This document shows, piece after piece, positions 8,738 to 16,936 of a stretch of DNA of 20,000 nucleotides; the first letter of the stretch is position 1, and each line of letters starts with the position of its first letter. A model generated the notes under the pieces. It ran no database searches. It saw only the letters and a program-made list of their open reading frames with translations, and was not told the origin of the DNA. The stretch lies in IMG/VR virus record IMGVR_UViG_3300006803_000022; one strand, given 5' to 3'. The DNA is from an uncultured virus (IMG/VR IMGVR_UViG_3300006803_000022) (taxonomy: Duplodnaviria > Heunggongvirae > Uroviricota > Caudoviricetes). The position numbers were made by a program, and so were the translations under genes.

Positions 8738-9279
8738 TAGTCTTCCTTTCTATCGAATAAGTTAAGGAACGTGTACGGGTGGAATAGCATTGTCATGTCG
8801 GCTGGTGAGAAGTTTGGTCCTTTGAGAACCTTTCCATCTTCACGTCGTAACACCAGTCCGTGCTGGTCTAGCTTAGACATGTTGCTTCTGTGTGTCTCCA
8901 TGAACGCCATGTAGATTTGGTTCTGTGTGAATACACACGTAGTTAATGGGATCACATACCGATTGATCATTTCGATGATGTCGCGCAGCTTATAGGTATC
9001 GAAGTCTAGTTCATCTTCTTCGATCATAGCCAACAGTCCTTCTAGGATGTAGATTACATCTGCTGTCTCTTTCAGGAGGTTGGGTGTTATACCGTGCTTT
9101 ACGATCTCTTCCATGAACTCGTATGCTTCTTCTGCCAATAGATCAACGTATAGAGGGATGTTCTTTTCGACTTCGTATGTCTTATGGAACTCTTCAATTC
9201 CCCATACTACTTCAAGGTAGTTCGTGTGTGACGTTACTAGGGTCCGGATAGTGTCTGAGATGTTGCTACGTGTAAGCAT
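8737..9279 (-). CDS. MazG-like / PRA-PH family nucleoside triphosphate pyrophosphohydrolase
   Basis: LLAEEAYE, KETADVIY and HRSNMSKL...RREDGKVLKGPNF..ADM motifs of the all-alpha NTP pyrophosphatase (DR2231-like) group. Confidence 0.85.
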   Translation of the reverse strand: MLTRSNISDTIRTLVTSHTNYLEVVWGIEEFHKTYEVEKNIPLYVDLLAEEAYEFMEEIVKHGITPNLLKETADVIYILEGLLAMIEEDELDFDTYKLRDIIEMINRYVIPLTTCVFTQNQIYMAFMETHRSNMSKLDQHGLVLRREDGKVLKGPNFSPADMTMLFHPYTFLNLFDRKED

Positions 9280-9778
9280 TTTCTGCTACCTTTCTATTGT
9301 TGATGAGTCTGGTGATCATCTTTACTTGATTTCGTGTTACTGCTAGGGACATTCCGTTGTCGATTACATAGTCGTGTCCGTATACAGCTAGGTTGCAGCT
9401 ATCTTCTGGCTCTTGTGGTAGCCCTCTTCCGGAAGCGTCTACCCAGATGGTTGCATCGAAGTGTTCTTTCGTTTGTTCGAACTCCCACCGTGACCTGTGT
9501 CCCACATACATATCACCTTCTGCAAGGCACATGTCTACAAAGTAGCTTGGACAGTACTTGGTCTCTCTTCGGATGAAGTCGAACCATACTTTCCTGTGGT
9601 TTACCCGGTCTTGATAGCACTCCTCAATGGAGTCATATGGTCCTAATACTTTTAGTTCCATAATCAGTCTCGCGTAGATGTGTGATGCACTCACTTTTAC
9701 TAGGTTGGCCTCTTCACAGAATAGATCTGCTACTGTGTCCTTGCCATGTTGTGCATAACCGTTAATGTTTAGTTTCAT
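9266..9778 (-). CDS. P-loop kinase, deoxynucleoside monophosphate kinase-like
   Basis: N-terminal INGYAQHGKDTVA Walker A, DRVNHR..WF, and C-terminal DYVIDNG; nucleotide-metabolism context. Confidence 0.75.
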   Translation of the reverse strand: MKLNINGYAQHGKDTVADLFCEEANLVKVSASHIYARLIMELKVLGPYDSIEECYQDRVNHRKVWFDFIRRETKYCPSYFVDMCLAEGDMYVGHRSRWEFEQTKEHFDATIWVDASGRGLPQEPEDSCNLAVYGHDYVIDNGMSLAVTRNQVKMITRLINNRKVAENAYT

Positions 9779-10083
9779 GCATCAGTCCTCATTAATTCTT
9801 TTACTTCCGGAGAAGTGTATCCTGTGTAGTATGTCTCTACCTTTCGGATACAGTAGATATCATGGTCAGCCCCTATTCGGGACATCCAAGACGCAATGTA
9901 AGCGAAGTCCTTTCGGATATCCTTTGATCGGTCCATGTGAACCGTGAACGTAAGCCCATCTGGCTCGAAGGAGAACTCTTCGATGTTGTTCATCTTTGAG
10001 TACTCCCCGAGCATGGCTAGTTCTACGTCGCTGAAGTCATCAACCATGACGATTTCGTAGTTTACTTTTTCATTATCTGTCAT
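9775..10083 (-). CDS. hypothetical protein (102 aa)
   Basis: AGGA RBS; ATGA overlap with the kinase gene; first gene of the leftward operon. Confidence 0.75.
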   Translation of the reverse strand: MTDNEKVNYEIVMVDDFSDVELAMLGEYSKMNNIEEFSFEPDGLTFTVHMDRSKDIRKDFAYIASWMSRIGADHDIYCIRKVETYYTGYTSPEVKELMRTDA

Positions 10084-10094
10084 GTTTTTCCTAA

Positions 10095-10110
10095 CGCCTA
10101 TATGGGGGCA
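10095..10110 (-). promoter_or_regulatory. putative phage-specific promoter driving the leftward replication operon
   Basis: Minus strand TGCCCCCATATAGGCG followed directly by TTAGGAAAAACATG; near-identical inverted copy at 10155-10171. Confidence 0.5.
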
Positions 10111-10154
10111 GTAAATGTAGTGTGTGTATTCTCTTCATGTACTATATGTAGCTA

Positions 10155-10171
10155 TGTCCCCTTATAGGGCG
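10155..10171 (+). promoter_or_regulatory. putative phage-specific promoter driving the plus-strand gene
   Basis: TGTCCCCTTATAGGGCG; the GGG after TATA starts a GGGC-GCAA-GCCC GNRA hairpin (10167-10178). Confidence 0.5.
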
Positions 10172-10220
10172 CAAGCCCCAATCAGAGTGTAATATGCATA
10201 ATATACTAGGAGAACGTAAT

Positions 10221-10634
10221 ATGAGTAATGGAATGGGAAAGCATCCAAACTCTTTGAAGAACCTTACACCTATTAAGGATTCTGAGAGAGCTAGAGAGAT
10301 GCAGCTTAAGTCAGCTGAATCCCGTAAGGCCAACAACACTATGGCAAAGAGGCTCAACAAGTCTATCAGGGATTGGAACAGGATGAAGGATCGGTTGGAT
10401 ATGTCCAATGCACCTTCTGCTCTTGAGTTCCTGAGATTTAGAATGTTTGAGTTGATGTCCGATGGTAAGTATGTAGAGGCCCAAGATCTTGCGAAAGAGC
10501 TAGTAGAGTTTGAAACTCCTAAGCTGTCTCGTGTAGATCAGACGAACCATAACTACGACATGTCAGAAATGTCTGACGAAGAACTAGAATCAGAATTGAT
10601 CAAGTTCGATGTGGTAGTTGGTGGAAAGAAGTAA
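10221..10634 (+). CDS. terS: probable terminase small subunit (137 aa)
   Basis: AGGAG RBS before ATG 10221. N-terminal HPNSLKNL and basic helix; C-terminal ELVEFETPKLSRVD...MSDEEL pattern recalled from phage small-terminase-like proteins. It is the only convincing plus-strand gene. Confidence 0.65.
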   Translation: MSNGMGKHPNSLKNLTPIKDSERAREMQLKSAESRKANNTMAKRLNKSIRDWNRMKDRLDMSNAPSALEFLRFRMFELMSDGKYVEAQDLAKELVEFETPKLSRVDQTNHNYDMSEMSDEELESELIKFDVVVGGKK

Positions 10635-10637
10635 TGA

Positions 10638-10667
10638 GAGCGACCCTATATGGGTCGTTCTTTTTTT
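10638..10667 (+). terminator. intrinsic terminator between convergent genes
   Basis: GAGCGACCC-TATAT-GGGTCGTTC followed by T7; lies between the terS stop and the stop of the convergent 10666-10863 ORF. Confidence 0.85.
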
Positions 10668-10863
10668 ATTTGATTACCACTTCGACGAACTTGTACTCTT
10701 CCATCTCTCCTTTCACGTCTTCCTTAGTCATAAATGGGAAGTCATCCTTGATGTGTTTCTTCACGGCTTTCCGTGCATCTTTGGTATTTGTATATACACC
10801 CCATACTTCGGTATCGTAGTCCACGACCACACATACCTTCAGCTCAATGTCCCATTTAGCCAT
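10666..10863 (-). CDS. hypothetical protein (65 aa)
   Basis: AAGGAGG RBS; overlaps the upstream ORF. Confidence 0.75.
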   Translation of the reverse strand: MAKWDIELKVCVVVDYDTEVWGVYTNTKDARKAVKKHIKDDFPFMTKEDVKGEMEEYKFVEVVIK

Positions 10864-11056
10864 CGATATCCTCCTTAATCTTTCTCACAGAGGTGAACAC
10901 TTTATGTCCACCCGTTAGTCCAAGTGATGCTTTTAAGACAGCGTCATCTTTGTCATCCAATGTAGGTCGAATCTCATATTTCTGCTTGAGAAGTACATCT
11001 GTGTGTACATCGTCAGGTCCGAGTACGACTTCTTGGTATACTGTTAGTTCATACAT
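10856..11056 (-). CDS. hypothetical protein (66 aa)
   Basis: TAATG coupling to the upstream gene. Confidence 0.75.
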   Translation of the reverse strand: MYELTVYQEVVLGPDDVHTDVLLKQKYEIRPTLDDKDDAVLKASLGLTGGHKVFTSVRKIKEDIDG

Positions 11057-11766
11057 TATGTGTCCACAACAAATCCAGAGCGATCTTTCTTTGCTGGTCC
11101 TTTTGCTTTTAGTCCTACGATTGATTTCTTTGGATCTAGGAAACGTAGGTCATCCTTGTCACCGTCAATTACTTTCCAGTTAAGGAACTTCTTTGGGAAC
11201 TTGTCATTTCTGAACACTACAGCGATGTTCATCCCGGCGGTCTTGGCTGCTCCAGCCATGTCACTGTACTTCTTGTCGGCGTTAGAATATGACCATGTGA
11301 GATGGTAATTCTTGATGTCTTTAGTTTTCCTATTCCCGATTTTTGTGTAATCGTAGAACGTGGTATCACTAAACTCATTGAAGATGTTTTTCTTTTCATT
11401 CTCCCACCTGATATCCGATGTTCCATTGAGTCTGATAGCTGGTGTCACACCATGCTTCTCACAGAACTTGTGGAACTTGTCGGCGTCTTTAAAGAGTTGA
11501 TCGAGGAAACCTTGTCGGTCTTCGAAGTACCACTTGGTTTTACGGATACGTGCCTTCTGGATATTAGAGAAGACACCACGTCCTGCTAGGTTGAGGCAGG
11601 GCGCGTGACACTTAGCTAGTTCAGCCATAGCACACACGTTCCCAACTCCACTCAGTTTGAATGGAGCTAGGTACATGATCGCTGTCAGGTATTCATCATC
11701 ACCCTTTACAGTCTTAGCATTCGATCCAGCGTTAATAGTCTTAGAAGAGAAAGTCAGTTTTGTCAT
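11056..11766 (-). CDS. phage Gp88-like protein (Cys-motif, radical-SAM-like)
   Basis: NAKTVKG, IMYLAP, CAMAELAKCHAPC..AGRG, IRLNGTSDIRWE, FYDYTK, and GDKDDLRFLDP..IVGLKAKG. Start placed at the TAATG overlap (11766). Confidence 0.75.
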   Translation of the reverse strand: MTKLTFSSKTINAGSNAKTVKGDDEYLTAIMYLAPFKLSGVGNVCAMAELAKCHAPCLNLAGRGVFSNIQKARIRKTKWYFEDRQGFLDQLFKDADKFHKFCEKHGVTPAIRLNGTSDIRWENEKKNIFNEFSDTTFYDYTKIGNRKTKDIKNYHLTWSYSNADKKYSDMAGAAKTAGMNIAVVFRNDKFPKKFLNWKVIDGDKDDLRFLDPKKSIVGLKAKGPAKKDRSGFVVDT

Positions 11767-11984
11767 TACCATGCCTTTACTTTTGAGACATCGACAGACA
11801 TACTAACTATCGGCCTATGACCACAGTCTGAGTCTAGAGAGAACACTAGCCAGTCCTCTACATTTTCACCTTCTTTGTAGGATTCTTCAAGGTATGCTTG
11901 CATCTTTTCATAATCTGTCCAGACGTATGCATCCGTAGTTTTGAATTGTTCGAGTTCAGTCATGTTAGGTATGGTAATGTACAT
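11766..11984 (-). CDS. hypothetical protein (72 aa)
   Basis: Start moved to ATG 11984, which follows AGAAAGGAAACCA. Confidence 0.75.
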   Translation of the reverse strand: MYITIPNMTELEQFKTTDAYVWTDYEKMQAYLEESYKEGENVEDWLVFSLDSDCGHRPIVSMSVDVSKVKAW

Positions 11985-12000
11985 TGGTTTCCTTTCTACC

Positions 12001-12036
12001 AAAATAAAGTGGAAGGAGCCGTTAAGCTCCCTCCGT
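12001..12036 (-). terminator. intrinsic terminator after rIIB
   Basis: Minus strand GGAGGGAGC-TTAACG-GCTCCTTCC followed by ACTTTATTTT. Confidence 0.75.
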
Positions 12037-12040
12037 TATT

Positions 12041-13267
12041 TTAAAGTTTACCGTATTCGTCTTGGATATGCTCCACGACATCTGTCAGCTGGTCCGAATC
12101 AGGCTCATACTTGGAGATGAAGTCAGTGAGTGACAGTTCACCAGTGCCAATCATCTTAGCAACACCAGCTGAGGTCCAGTGGAACGGAGTAGGCCGTTCT
12201 TCTCTTACCTCTGGTGTCGCGTGGGTGTTGATACCCTCGCAGTAGTATCCGTCCATGTATCCTTCTTTGAATACATCGTAGAATACAGATCCTACTTCGG
12301 TATTGAGGAATGCTTCTCCAACTTCTGCATAGAGTCCTGTGCAGCTATCAGACATACCAGCGCTGTAGCCCAAGTCGTAGGCGTCATCGCTTAGCTCTTC
12401 ATCCTCATCGAGTGATTCACAATCGGACAGCCAGTCCTCATCGAACCAGTCCCAATCAATGTCATCATCCCATTCGTGATCGAGATACTCATTGTCGTCA
12501 GTGACGTACAGGGTGTCAGGGAACGCGTGTTCACATTCTTCCTGTGGGATTTCACCGACGATCATGTATCCTTCTGCACGACCTTTAGCGTTGTTGTAGT
12601 CCGATGGAATGGATACAACATGAGCAGGATTGATCTCTACGATTACGACCTTACCTTGTGAACCCATATAGCTTGGCAGGTAGTCCCAAGAACAGAAGTG
12701 TAGTCCTTGTGAACAGGTACGGCTTCGGTCGTCATCTACCTTGTTACGAGGCATACTGACGTAGGTACCAATGTCGTTACGGAATGGTACACCACCGGGA
12801 GCAGGGTGATACGAGCAGTAGTCATCCTGTACCTTCTTATAGGCAAGGAAGTTACCACGTTCTGTGATGGGCATACGTCCACGCTCTAGCCACAGGAACA
12901 GTTCATCCACGGCATGCTTGGCCGGGTTGTTCTGCAGGTTCTCGACAAACATTGCCCAAGGGCGAATGTCTAGACCTTGCTCTAGCATTTGTAGCATACG
13001 GTCTGCCAGTAGTCCGTGTACTGCTTCACCCTTGTAGGTTACTCCCTCATCCCCTACAGATACGTTACCGTACTGCCTGAGTTGTTTACTGATACGACGA
13101 TTGGTATCGAGAAGCTCACGAATTTCCTTGGCAGTTAGTGTGCCTAGTCCGTCCACGATTTCAGTAAACGCCGGGTGAGTATCATCAACTTGGGTTGGAA
13201 CCCCGCCAATTACTACTGTTAGTGTAGCTTTCCCGGCAACTTCATTTAGAATAAATTGATATTGCAT
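12041..13267 (-). CDS. rIIB: rIIB-like protein with acidic C-terminal extension
   Basis: FVENLQNNP..HAVDELF.WL, ITERGNFLAYK, VSMPRNKVDDDRSRTCSQGLH, and VVSIPSDYNNAKGR; directly downstream of rIIA. Confidence 0.88.
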   Translation of the reverse strand: MQYQFILNEVAGKATLTVVIGGVPTQVDDTHPAFTEIVDGLGTLTAKEIRELLDTNRRISKQLRQYGNVSVGDEGVTYKGEAVHGLLADRMLQMLEQGLDIRPWAMFVENLQNNPAKHAVDELFLWLERGRMPITERGNFLAYKKVQDDYCSYHPAPGGVPFRNDIGTYVSMPRNKVDDDRSRTCSQGLHFCSWDYLPSYMGSQGKVVIVEINPAHVVSIPSDYNNAKGRAEGYMIVGEIPQEECEHAFPDTLYVTDDNEYLDHEWDDDIDWDWFDEDWLSDCESLDEDEELSDDAYDLGYSAGMSDSCTGLYAEVGEAFLNTEVGSVFYDVFKEGYMDGYYCEGINTHATPEVREERPTPFHWTSAGVAKMIGTGELSLTDFISKYEPDSDQLTDVVEHIQDEYGKL

Positions 13268-13277
13268 GTTGTTTCCT

Positions 13278-15632
13278 TTATGTATGTTTGTCAGCGATGT
13301 GCTGCTTTATGGCTGTGATAAGTAACTGAGAGTTGTGATAAGTGTTATACTCTTTGGTCAAGTAATGGAGTATAGGGTCTTTCTCTAAGTAATCTATTAC
13401 AGGTGTTTTACTAGCAGAAGTCTTAGCCAGCTTTTGTAGCCTTTCTACATCATTCTTCATCCATTTAGAGAGATCCATAGGAATGTTAGTTCTAGAACTA
13501 TAGTCATCTCTATTAGGTGAATCTTTAACAATGAGCGTCAGGCCTTTAGGTACGACAGTCTCCTTTTTCCATAACCCTTGAAGCTTACAATGAAGTGTAT
13601 ATTCTTCGTTAGCTGACTTATTGTCGTCTCCTGTTACTACAAGTTGTTCCCAGCCTTTGGTCTTCGTTTTCCACTCTTTGATCATGAAGTCCTTAGCTGA
13701 TTCTGTCCACTGGGGGTTGTCCTTTGCAAAGCTCAGAGTGGTTTGGTTGATTACGAAGATCGCCGTTTGACGACCTACCCACTCACATATTGTTCTGCAT
13801 ACTTGCTTGTAGCTCATTGGTTCTTCTTCTGCCAGCATCTCTTTCTCAGTCCAGTAGAAGTTATTACTCAATGAGTATACTACTGGCATGACTTGAGGTG
13901 CTACACTGAAGTCGATTACTCGGTACTTGTTAGATTCAGATGTGTAGGCATAGTTGTCCCCATAGATTACTCTCATTTTCTTTACAAGAGTATTAGGCTT
14001 TACTGACTTACCGTTAATGGATATTGCTTTAGCTAGCTCTTGCTTCTTAGCAGTATGTGCCCACGTTACATTATTAGGCTTGTCGTGATAGATACCTTTA
14101 AGGAACTTCTTGGCATCTTCTAGAGTCTTTACTTTTACCCAGATGAAGTTTTCTTCTCCGGCCATAGTGTTCTTCCAGAAGTACCTGATCTGCTTGGTAA
14201 CATTTTTGATACCAGCAGTTTCAAGCTCGTCTGCTACTTCTACGAATACTTTCTTCTCACCTACTTCATCACAAGGTAACACGAAGTCAAACTTAGCATT
14301 CTTGTTGTCTCTGTGTCTGAAGTTGAAGGATGTTTTCATAGTTCCGAACTTGTCTTGATAATAGCTATCAGACTCTAGTCTAACTTGACCATCTACAGTT
14401 TCTGAAGACATTACACCTTGCGTCTTGTTGTAGTAGTTACCACGTTTAGTACATTCACCGATGACCTCATCTGGAGTTTCTCGGATAATCATACGTCTTG
14501 ATATGACTTCACCTTTCCAATGACGCTCATTGATGTTCAATATACTATCTATCGAACGAGACCAGTTGTTGACGTTTTTGTCGGTGTTAACCCGAGAGTA
14601 AAGCATCCTAGCTTCTTTCAGGGATTTGCAGTTCTCGTAGGCTTTGTTAAGGTCTTCTTCAACCTTCCCTATCACTTCAACAGCTTTACTTACGATATTG
14701 TCACAAGTCATATCGTTGTACTGTAGTTCTTCCCTACTGGTTGTCATTGTAATCTCACCGATGTTGAACTTAATCAAGCAATCAGTACCAGTCAGTAGTC
14801 GTTCTACTTTACCCCTTAAATCTGTTGACCTATCAGAATCTAGTTTTCTGATTCGTCTAGCCATTGATGGGTCATTAAGGTCAATGGGATAAGCTACACT
14901 TCCTTGTATAGCCCATGACTTACCTACTTCGTAACCGAAGCTTTTAGACTTCTCTGTAGCAAAGATCTTCCAGCCATCACCTTCCATCAATAGATTAGCA
15001 TTGTCTATTGCTCTGTAGTCCTCAGTCTTTCGAATGACGTTAGGTTGTGGTTCGAAGCCTCTCAGTTGTCGGGATGCTTCCTTGTTGAAGCCGCCTACAT
15101 CTTCGAGCTTAACAGCGTATGATACTCGCATACCCCGCTCTTCTTTAGATGGTGTTGTAGAGACAAGAGAAGTCTTAGGTTTTCCTGCCTCTCCAATATA
15201 ACATACATAGTTTCTTTCTTCATCATGCAACCAACATGTCACATTAAATGTATTGGTATATGCAAATGCACTCTTTGATCCTAACCCGAGGCAACCTGTC
15301 TCTTCGTTAGTATCTCTCTTGGTAGATTCTCCTAGAACGGTGAACACCTCAAACACTTCTCTGTGTGAGAGAGATGATCCGTAGTCACGCACTTCGAAGA
15401 TAGGGTTAGCTCGTGTAGGTAGGCCAATGTCGAATGGCTTATCTAGGTTACCACGACGCGCATGTCCATCTCTGGCGTTAGTTGAGTACTCTCTGATACC
15501 TGCTCCCATCTTGTTGGAGTAGATACCGTTGATCAAGTTGTCGAACATTAGTCCGTCAAGCTTAGCGGTGAAATCAACAGTGTCCTTCATCCCGCTGGAT
15601 ATTACACTGACTTTCTTTTCTTCGAGTAGCAT
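13278..15632 (-). CDS. rIIA: rIIA-like protein (N-terminal GHKL/HATPase domain)
   Basis: IYSNK..IREYSTNARD, VRDYG, STKRDTNEETGCLGLGSKSAFAYT..F, and SREELQY. Confidence 0.88.
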   Translation of the reverse strand: MLLEEKKVSVISSGMKDTVDFTAKLDGLMFDNLINGIYSNKMGAGIREYSTNARDGHARRGNLDKPFDIGLPTRANPIFEVRDYGSSLSHREVFEVFTVLGESTKRDTNEETGCLGLGSKSAFAYTNTFNVTCWLHDEERNYVCYIGEAGKPKTSLVSTTPSKEERGMRVSYAVKLEDVGGFNKEASRQLRGFEPQPNVIRKTEDYRAIDNANLLMEGDGWKIFATEKSKSFGYEVGKSWAIQGSVAYPIDLNDPSMARRIRKLDSDRSTDLRGKVERLLTGTDCLIKFNIGEITMTTSREELQYNDMTCDNIVSKAVEVIGKVEEDLNKAYENCKSLKEARMLYSRVNTDKNVNNWSRSIDSILNINERHWKGEVISRRMIIRETPDEVIGECTKRGNYYNKTQGVMSSETVDGQVRLESDSYYQDKFGTMKTSFNFRHRDNKNAKFDFVLPCDEVGEKKVFVEVADELETAGIKNVTKQIRYFWKNTMAGEENFIWVKVKTLEDAKKFLKGIYHDKPNNVTWAHTAKKQELAKAISINGKSVKPNTLVKKMRVIYGDNYAYTSESNKYRVIDFSVAPQVMPVVYSLSNNFYWTEKEMLAEEEPMSYKQVCRTICEWVGRQTAIFVINQTTLSFAKDNPQWTESAKDFMIKEWKTKTKGWEQLVVTGDDNKSANEEYTLHCKLQGLWKKETVVPKGLTLIVKDSPNRDDYSSRTNIPMDLSKWMKNDVERLQKLAKTSASKTPVIDYLEKDPILHYLTKEYNTYHNSQLLITAIKQHIADKHT

Positions 15633-15658
15633 GATTACCCTTTCTAGGTTAAGTTAAA

Positions 15659-16048
15659 TTAAGCGTGTTGAAGATTAGGTGATACGAGTGCTTTCACACT
15701 GGACACCGTACGGTTCAACAGACCTTTGGTCTTGTTCTTAGCAGCACGTAGGCGGTAACGATGCATAGCATCTGTGTCACGCTGTACGTACACGTCGAAG
15801 AACTCACAGTTATCATCGTTCACAGAGTATGTGTTCTGAGGTCCACTAGCGATAGGGCTACGACCACGTCCACGAATGCGGAGATAGTGTGGTTCAAGTC
15901 CAGCAGCTTCGCGGTGCTTCTGATCGATGTTGTGACGCTTAACTGAGTCATTGAGCTTGATATACTCTGGGTCAGTCTTTGAGTCCACTGAGAAACGATA
16001 GTTGAGGACACGTTGGTCCTTGCGTGTTGTTACACGATATACACTCAT
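15659..16048 (-). CDS. hypothetical basic protein (129 aa)
   Basis: AGAAAAGGA RBS; clean ORF upstream of rIIA. Confidence 0.8.
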   Translation of the reverse strand: MSVYRVTTRKDQRVLNYRFSVDSKTDPEYIKLNDSVKRHNIDQKHREAAGLEPHYLRIRGRGRSPIASGPQNTYSVNDDNCEFFDVYVQRDTDAMHRYRLRAAKNKTKGLLNRTVSSVKALVSPNLQHA

Positions 16049-16065
16049 TGGTATTCCTTTTCTAT

Positions 16066-16104
16066 AAAAGTTGAAGGCGGTACACAGTTATCTATGCACC
16101 GCCT
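16066..16104 (-). terminator. intrinsic terminator after the SSB gene
   Basis: Minus strand AGGCGGTGCATAG-ATAA-CTGTGTACCGCCT followed by TCAACTTTT. Confidence 0.7.
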
Positions 16105-16111
16105 ATGGGTT

Positions 16112-16639
16112 TTAGAACAATTCTTCTTGTACTGCTTCACCGCCTGACGATTCTACAGTTCCAAGGTTCGCGAAATCAACGGTTTCCATTGATCCTTCGT
16201 ACCACTTGATAGTGGCTCGTGGGATCTGCAACGCTGTTAGCGATGTGGATACGCCAGATCCGTGAGTGTTGTTGTAATGTCCCTGCCACACAATAACATT
16301 GCCACGAGATTCGTTACCGATCTTGTTGCGCTCTTCTTGTGTATAGGCTTTGAGATTCTCATCAACTACACGTACTGGCTCTTGCTCTTCTCCGTCCTTC
16401 TTGTGAACTTTGCGGTTAAGTGATACCACCCATTCAGTAGGAAGTTTCGTAGAGGTTCCGTTGTGGCGAACCGAGAGATGTTCCCGCTCCCATTCTTCTG
16501 CCTTTGTAGGGTCGGTCGTCTTCATGGATACTTCCCACTGAAGTCGGTCCTTGTACATTACAGGCTTGTTCTTGAAGTAGTTAAGCTCCACGTCTTTGAA
16601 TAGGTATTGACGAGCGCCTTCGAATTGAGTCTTTTCCAT
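16112..16639 (-). CDS. ssb: single-stranded DNA-binding protein (T7 gp2.5-like)
   Basis: VRVVD...KIGNES.GNVIV...G.STSLTALQI pattern; acidic tail ending in Phe (EAVQEELF). Confidence 0.7.
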   Translation of the reverse strand: MEKTQFEGARQYLFKDVELNYFKNKPVMYKDRLQWEVSMKTTDPTKAEEWEREHLSVRHNGTSTKLPTEWVVSLNRKVHKKDGEEQEPVRVVDENLKAYTQEERNKIGNESRGNVIVWQGHYNNTHGSGVSTSLTALQIPRATIKWYEGSMETVDFANLGTVESSGGEAVQEELF

Positions 16640-16699
16640 TTGGTATTGCCTTCTTGATACGAGTGTTTGCTTATGCTGGCTACTCGAAGCCTGTTAAGT

Positions 16700-16936
16700 T
16701 TAGATTACCCATCCCATGATCATCCCGAGTGGGACAACGAAGATGCCAATAACCGATAGTCCATCAGCAATTGTAATCGGATCAGTGATCTGAAATACGT
16801 TGATGATATTCATGACCCAGCCTGAGGCGGCTAGTAAGAATAGAGTTATAAACGATAGTGATAGGATAAGCCCAAAGGTTTTTCCCAGTGATTCACCTAG
16901 GGATTTTGCCCATCTTTGGTTCTTTGATAATGTCAT
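16700..16936 (-). CDS. small membrane protein (two predicted TM segments)
   Basis: LILSLSFITLFLLAASGWVMNI and LSVIGIFVVPLGMIMGWVI. Confidence 0.8.
   Translation of the reverse strand: MTLSKNQRWAKSLGESLGKTFGLILSLSFITLFLLAASGWVMNIINVFQITDPITIADGLSVIGIFVVPLGMIMGWVI

Noticed and set aside
26..9947. Numerous plus-strand ORFs of 60-124 aa in the ORF track
   Set aside because: They are antisense shadows of well-supported minus-strand genes, with no RBS or recognisable motifs.
10194..10220. Upstream start for the terS-like gene
   Set aside because: The AGGAG RBS lies inside this extension, positioned for ATG 10221.
10142..10408. 88-aa minus-strand ORF with a hydrophobic stretch
   Set aside because: Antisense to the terS-like gene, which has a strong RBS, recognisable motifs and a terminator.
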